DNA of 64,000 nt, taken from assembly GCA_963666055.2 (NCBI GenBank), contig CAXWPH010000011.1, forward strand, positions 64,001 to 128,000, given 5' to 3'. A program made the position numbers and the translations under genes. The notes below the pieces were generated by a model. It saw only the letters and a program-made list of their open reading frames with translations, was not told where the DNA came from and searched no databases. Below, piece by piece: positions 58,859 to 64,000 of this stretch. This DNA is from Acidobacteriota bacterium (GTDB lineage: Bacteria > Acidobacteriota > UBA890 > WLXD01). Numbering within the stretch: the stretch's first letter is position 1; each line of letters opens with the position of its first letter.

Positions 58859-59773
58859 TTGATGTTGGTTTCGGTATGCGTGGTTCTCGTGCTTGGCAGC
58901 TCCCCCAACGCGGCGGCATGGAGCCCTCAGGGCCACATGGTCACCGCGGCCATCGCCTACCAGGAGCTCCGACAGTCCGATCCAGCCACGCTGCGGGCGG
59001 TCATCGAGCTGCTCGAGCAGCACCCGCACTTCGCCGACCGGCTGGCGCCGCCGCGCGAGTGGAACCTGGACGACGACGACCGCGGACAGGCGATCTTCAT
59101 GCGCGCCGCACGGTGGGCCGACGACATCCGCTCCGGACGACACGAGAGCCATAGCCGCCCGACGTGGCACTACGTCAACTACCACTACTCGCCACCCGAG
59201 CTGACTCCGCCCAAGGCAACCGGCGACGGAGATCTGCTCAACGCGCTGCGCGATAGCAGGAACCGGCTGGCATCAAGCGCCAGCGGCGCCGATCGCGCCC
59301 TGGCCTTGACCTGGCTCTTTCACCTCGTTGGCGACATCCATCAGCCCCTGCACAGCGTTGCCCTAACCACGGCGCGCTACCCCGAGGGCGATCGAGGCGG
59401 CAATTCCTTCTACATCCGGGTGCGACCGGGCGAGGACACGATCAACCTGCATCAGCTCTGGGATGCGCTGGTCATCGGAACCGATTGCTTTCGAGAGGTG
59501 CGCAACCGCGCCATCGAGATCCGCGGCCGCGCGGCGACGGCGATGGCCGACGGCGGGACATTCGTCGGCAACCACGATTTCGAGGCGTGGGCCGCCGAAG
59601 GCGCACAAGTGGCGGTAGAGCACGTGTACTTGAGCGGCCAGCTGCGCGGCGGCACGCGGCGTTCCGGCACCCTGCTTCCACCAGGCTACCTCGACGCCAT
59701 CCGGCTTGTCGCGGAGCGGCGCGCGTTGCTGGCGGGCCATCGGCTTGTGCAATTGCTGCAGGCCAACTTCTAG
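58859..59773 (+). CDS. S1/P1 nuclease, secreted
   Basis: Signal then W...GH, WADDIR, WHYVN, HLVGDIHQPLH, DRGGN, NLHQLWD, LAGHRL. Confidence 0.93.
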   Translation: MMLVSVCVVLVLGSSPNAAAWSPQGHMVTAAIAYQELRQSDPATLRAVIELLEQHPHFADRLAPPREWNLDDDDRGQAIFMRAARWADDIRSGRHESHSRPTWHYVNYHYSPPELTPPKATGDGDLLNALRDSRNRLASSASGADRALALTWLFHLVGDIHQPLHSVALTTARYPEGDRGGNSFYIRVRPGEDTINLHQLWDALVIGTDCFREVRNRAIEIRGRAATAMADGGTFVGNHDFEAWAAEGAQVAVEHVYLSGQLRGGTRRSGTLLPPGYLDAIRLVAERRALLAGHRLVQLLQANF

Positions 59774-59886
59774 CAGGGTCGTGAAGAACTCTGGTGGGTC
59801 TGGCGCGGGGGTCTTGCTGACGCTGAGTTCGGCGGCAACCCCCACGCGCCCTACGGATTACGACCCGCCAGGGTTTTCATCACCTG
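59774..59886. mobile_element. MITE-like long hairpin (about 113 bp) starting right after the nuclease TAG
   Basis: CAGG..TGAAGAACTCTGGTGGGTC pairs with GACCCGCCAGGGTTTTCA..CCTG; inner stem GGCGCGGGGG../..CCCCCACGCGCC. Confidence 0.55.
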
Positions 59887-59931
59887 TTGAGACAAGGCAA
59901 CAGCACCGCCCGACTCACCACGGACCACCGG

Positions 59932-62900
59932 TCAGGCGGGTCGACCGAGATAAGCCCGCAACTGTGGCGGCACACTGCGCCGCACTAGCGCGCGCTGCAA
60001 CTGCCAGCGGACATCGGGTTCCTCGTCAACCAGGAACCGCACCTCACCAGCTTCTCGAACAGCAATCGGTATTCCCGCCCGGTACAGCACCCGGTTGTCG
60101 GCGATCGCGGCGACGCGACTGCCCGGCGTGACGATGCCGACAAGATTGAGCGGGTCGGCACCACTCAGCGAGATGAGTGCCTCATCATCCTGCCGCCGGA
60201 TTTTCCGCAGGCGTCCCACCGCCTCCGGCAACGCGAACTGTTCTCCTTGAAAGCCGGCCACGAAACGACCTCCGCGAATCTCCCCGCGTGCCTCCATACG
60301 ACGATAGACACGCACAAGATCGCGCCAAGGGGGAGCCGTGGCCTCGCGTGTCAGCAGGCGACGGAAGACTACCCCGTAGCGCCGCAGATAGAGCTCCGCG
60401 GCACCCTCGACGGCGTTCGGAGCGAGTTGGCGTCCGCTTTCCGGCACGCCGCTGCCCTGGGCTCGCGCGTCAACGCGCGCCGCGGCGCCGTCTGGTAGGT
60501 CGCCGGAGCTGGGCCGCGACAGTGACCAGCGCCCGGCGTTCTCCATTCCGAAGATTGCCGTGCGGCGGCGGCGCTTGGCACCCTTGCCTGGCCGCCGGCG
60601 ACTCGATGGCACCAGCAGGGCCCGGAGGCCGGTAAAGGAGTCCGCCGTTACCAGGCCCCACGCCGCCAGCTCACCGAGGGCATCCTCGAGTTGGTAGTCA
60701 AGCTGTCGGGTCGCACGAGCGAGGTCGCCGAAGAAACTGGCGCCATCCCGATGCAGAGCGGCGTGCGCCTCCCGCGCAGCGGACGAGAGCTCCAGATCTG
60801 CCGGCTTGGCACCGGGAGCAAGCGCCTCCCACAGATCGAGGTTGTGGCGCGTCACCAATGCAATGGGTGTGCTGCGGATCGGTCCCGACCGCGGGCTGAC
60901 GCGCGGCCCCCGACCAGGCGGTGAGAGCCGGCCCCAGGCCACCCGGCCCGAGAGACAGAGGGTATCGAGCCACACCGGATCGTATTGCAGCAGTCGAGCC
61001 GGCAAGATTTCCGACTCCCAGGCCGCCGCCGGCACCTCGAACCCCTCGAGTTGTTCCAAGAGCTTGACGAGGCTCTCCGGACCCTCGGCCTGCTCACCGG
61101 GCGCGACGCGCTGCCAGGCGAACAGGAAGCGCATGAAGTCGCGCGCCCGCACCGGCTCGATCTCGGCGCGCAGACGATTGAGGGTGTAGCGGTGGATCCG
61201 CGACAGCAGCCGCCGGTCGCACCACTCGGTAGCCTCGAGTCCGGGGGTAAAGTGGCCGCGGAACGCGAACCCCTCGGCCTCGAGGCCCAGGAGCGCCGCG
61301 TCGACTCGGAGAGTGTCGAGACCCAGCGAGTCGGCGATCTGTGGCACGGTCACCGGGCCCAACGCCTGCAGGCGCCCCCTGATGATCTCGATCAACGCTT
61401 GCTCGGGCGACCACTCCCGGCGAGCCGAGCGGGCCGGAGCCACGATCTCCGGCACCATCTCCCACAGGTCACCTAGCGGTCCGAGCAGGGCAGCGTATTG
61501 CGGCAGCCTTTCCGCCGCGATCCATATCCTGCACCGGTCCTCCATAGGGCGATCCGGCTCGCCCACTATCACCGTTGTGGCCCGCTTGTCGCGCACCAGA
61601 GCCGCGAAGTAGTCCGACCATGACTCGCCTTCCGTTTCGCTGATGAACCCGTGCAACAAGAGCGCGTCGTGTAGCTCATCCGGGCTTTCCGCGCCAGGCC
61701 AAGCCTCGCCGCGAACCCGGTCGAGCGCCCCCTGATCGAGCGCCGACAGGTCGTCAGCCGATTGGGGGTCGGCGAGGCGACGGGTTTGAATGGCTAGCGC
61801 GCGACGCTCCTCCAGCGGAGCGTCGTCGAGGAAGGCGTACGGCTTCGCGGCAATGATCTCGTGGGCCAGCGGCGAGGGCTCGCGTACGTCGCGCGCTACC
61901 AGCTTCTTCTTGCCGTCGACGATCTCCGCAAGCAAAGCCTTGAACTCGTCGAAGTCCATGGCCTCGTGCAGGCAGTCGCGAATCGTCTGTTGAACGAGCG
62001 GATGGTCCGGTATCTCGCGCGCCCCCTGGATGTTCTCCAGGCAAGCCAGAGAATCCGGGAAGATAACAGCCAGTAAGTCCTCCGCGTCCATACGCTGCAG
62101 CGTCGGTGCTAGCCGCTTGCCGCCCACCCAGCGTTTCACGGCCAGCGAGCGGGTCGCATTCCACCGCCATCGTACCGGGAACATCGGCGCGTCGAGAAAG
62201 GCCTGCACGAGCTTGTCGCGCACGCTCGCTGGCTGCAGGTAGTGAAAGACCTCTTCTAGCGGAAAGCTGTGCCTCGGCCCGAGCGACAGCATCAACGCAT
62301 CATCGCTGGCGGCCGCCTGCAACTCGAAGTTGAAGGTGCGGCAGAACACCTTTCGCAACGCCAAACCCCAGGCGCGATTGACCCGCATGCCGAAGGGAGA
62401 GTGCACCACGAGGTGCATATCGCCGGCCTCATCGAAGAAACGCTCCATGACGATGTTGTCGCGCGTCGGCATCGACGCCAACGCCACTCGCGACGCGGCC
62501 AGGTACTCGGTCGCCGCCCGTGCCGCCACCTCGCCGATTCCAACCTCGTCGCGAAGCCATTCGATCGCCGCCCTCAAGGCACTGGGATCTAGCGCGCTGC
62601 CGCGGTTGCCGGTGGGCGCCAGATCGTCGCTCTCCTGAGCCACGGCAGCGTCGACAGTTGGCGCATGTACAAACGGCCCCAGTCTGGCGTCGACCTCCGC
62701 GCGCAGGCGCGACACCGCCTCGGACAGCTCCTTGGTACGCCCCGGGGCCTCGCCCAACCAGAACGGCAGGCTGGGTGGCTGTCCCCTGGCATCCTCGACA
62801 CGAACCGTACCGGTCTCGATGCGTAGGATCCGCCAGGAGGTGTTGCCCAGCTGGAAGATGTCTCCCGGGAGGCTCTCGATGGCAAAATCCTCGTCGAGTG

Positions 62901-64000
62901 TGCCCACCTGAATCCCTTGTGGCTCCTGTAGGACCTTGAATTCGAAGGCGTCCGGTATCGCCCCGCCGCAGGTGAGCGCGGCCAGCCGCGCGCCACGGCG
63001 ACCGCGGATACGGCGGTTCACTGCATCGAGGTGCAAGTACCGCCCGCGCTGTCCACGCCGCGTGCTGAATCCCTCGGCAAGCATGTCGACGGTGCCGTCG
63101 AACTCCTCGCGCGACAGGTTCCGAAACGGGTAGGCGCCTCGGACAAGGTCAAACAACTCATCCTCGGACCACTCTTCGACCGCCGCACAAGCGACGATCT
63201 GCTGCGCCAGAATGTCTAGCGGCTTTTCAGGAACTACCAGCCGATCGAGCTCGCCCCTCCTTGCCGCGTCGATGGCCGCGATGCACTCGATGAGCTCGTC
63301 CCGCGACAACGGAAACAGCCGGCCCTTGGGGATTCCGCCCACATGGTGGCTGGCTCTTCCGACGCGCTGTAACAGCGTATTGATTGCCCGTGGCGAGCCC
63401 ATCTGCACTACCAGGTCAATCGCACCGATGTCGATGCCGAGCTCCAGCGATGCCGTAGCAACCAGCGCCGACAGGCTTCCCTCCTTGAGGCGCATCTCGG
63501 CGTCGAGGCGTTGCTCTACCGACAGGGAGCCGTGATGTGACGTGACCGCGCGCTCGCCGAGCCGCTCGCTCAGCTGCTTGGCGATACGTTCGGCCATGCG
63601 GCGGGTATTGACAAAGATGAGGGTTGTGCGGTGCTCTCCGACAAGCGCGGCCAGACGATCGTAAATCTCCTCCCATACCTCGCCAGCCATAACCGCCTCG
63701 AGAGGCGAACCGGGCATCTCGACCGCAAGATCCATGTCCCGTCGACCGACGGCGTCGATGATCTCGCAGTCGGGGCGACCCTGCGCGTCGAGGTGCCGTT
63801 GCCCGACGAGGAACCGGGCGACCTCATCGATCGGCTTCTGTGTGGCCGACAAGCCGACGCGGAGCAGTGGGCCGGCCACCAGGGCTTCGAGCCGCTCGAG
63901 CGTCAACGCCAGATGCGAGCCGCGCTTGTCGTCGGCAACCGCGTGGATCTCGTCGACGATGACGGTCCGCACCGTCGACAGCATCGCCCGACCGCCGTCT
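59932..64000 (-). CDS. lhr: Lhr-family DEAH helicase with C-terminal winged-helix/glycosylase-like region (N-terminus outside window)
   Basis: VIVDEIHA...[78 protein letters not shown]. Confidence 0.93.
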   Translation of the reverse strand, partial: DGGRAMLSTVRTVIVDEIHAVADDKRGSHLALTLERLEALVAGPLLRVGLSATQKPIDEVARFLVGQRHLDAQGRPDCEIIDAVGRRDMDLAVEMPGSPLEAVMAGEVWEEIYDRLAALVGEHRTTLIFVNTRRMAERIAKQLSERLGERAVTSHHGSLSVEQRLDAEMRLKEGSLSALVATASLELGIDIGAIDLVVQMGSPRAINTLLQRVGRASHHVGGIPKGRLFPLSRDELIECIAAIDAARRGELDRLVVPEKPLDILAQQIVACAAVEEWSEDELFDLVRGAYPFRNLSREEFDGTVDMLAEGFSTRRGQRGRYLHLDAVNRRIRGRRGARLAALTCGGAIPDAFEFKVLQEPQGIQVGTLDEDFAIESLPGDIFQLGNTSWRILRIETGTVRVEDARGQPPSLPFWLGEAPGRTKELSEAVSRLRAEVDARLGPFVHAPTVDAAVAQESDDLAPTGNRGSALDPSALRAAIEWLRDEVGIGEVAARAATEYLAASRVALASMPTRDNIVMERFFDEAGDMHLVVHSPFGMRVNRAWGLALRKVFCRTFNFELQAAASDDALMLSLGPRHSFPLEEVFHYLQPASVRDKLVQAFLDAPMFPVRWRWNATRSLAVKRWVGGKRLAPTLQRMDAEDLLAVIFPDSLACLENIQGAREIPDHPLVQQTIRDCLHEAMDFDEFKALLAEIVDGKKKLVARDVREPSPLAHEIIAAKPYAFLDDAPLEERRALAIQTRRLADPQSADDLSALDQGALDRVRGEAWPGAESPDELHDALLLHGFISETEGESWSDYFAALVRDKRATTVIVGEPDRPMEDRCRIWIAAERLPQYAALLGPLGDLWEMVPEIVAPARSARREWSPEQALIEIIRGRLQALGPVTVPQIADSLGLDTLRVDAALLGLEAEGFAFRGHFTPGLEATEWCDRRLLSRIHRYTLNRLRAEIEPVRARDFMRFLFAWQRVAPGEQAEGPESLVKLLEQLEGFEVPAAAWESEILPARLLQYDPVWLDTLCLSGRVAWGRLSPPGRGPRVSPRSGPIRSTPIALVTRHNLDLWEALAPGAKPADLELSSAAREAHAALHRDGASFFGDLARATRQLDYQLEDALGELAAWGLVTADSFTGLRALLVPSSRRRPGKGAKRRRRTAIFGMENAGRWSLSRPSSGDLPDGAAARVDARAQGSGVPESGRQLAPNAVEGAAELYLRRYGVVFRRLLTREATAPPWRDLVRVYRRMEARGEIRGGRFVAGFQGEQFALPEAVGRLRKIRRQDDEALISLSGADPLNLVGIVTPGSRVAAIADNRVLYRAGIPIAVREAGEVRFLVDEEPDVRWQLQRALVRRSVPPQLRAYLGRPA

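Noticed and set aside
58859-64000. S1/P1 nuclease plus Lhr helicase as a defence module
   Set aside because: Genes are convergent, the nuclease is secreted and Lhr is a common repair helicase; no evidence of coupling

Overview
GC-rich (roughly two-thirds G+C by eye) bacterial chromosome segment. The gene content (TPR-tailed Hanks kinase, DUF4097/ECF and SigK/RskA/DUF4331 cassettes, MoxR-VWA operon, twin-Arg HisC-like proteins) is what I would expect in an Acidobacteriota-like genome; this is inference only. There are about 50 CDSs: purine catabolism (partial xanthine dehydrogenase subunit, PuuD-like protein), a sigma54 activator with a divergent sigma54-promoter-driven OmpA lipoprotein, LutB/LutC, two ECF cassettes, a MoxR/DUF58/VWA operon, HMG-CoA synthase, a secreted DMSP-lyase-like cupin, M28/M55 peptidases with a TonB receptor, leucine catabolism (liuBCDE-like), a solo MutS-domain-V protein, an NHL propeller, S1/P1 nuclease and Lhr. 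Notable structure not explained by the gene calls: (i) a 3.1-kb tandem duplication of an operon of two twin-Arg PLP aminotransferases plus cytochrome c, with an identical palindromic operator and a fully decayed second copy; (ii) a recurrent CTAGCAGG motif that overlaps the TAG stop of six unrelated genes and forms short palindromic/MITE-like elements; (iii) a G14 tract inside the sigma54 activator; (iv) a three-way-junction leader before HMG-CoA synthase; (v) several tiny gene remnants (two kinase fragments, RidA, DUF4159). No rRNA, tRNA, CRISPR array or transposase was recognised. All calls are by-eye motif recognition; no database searches were run.
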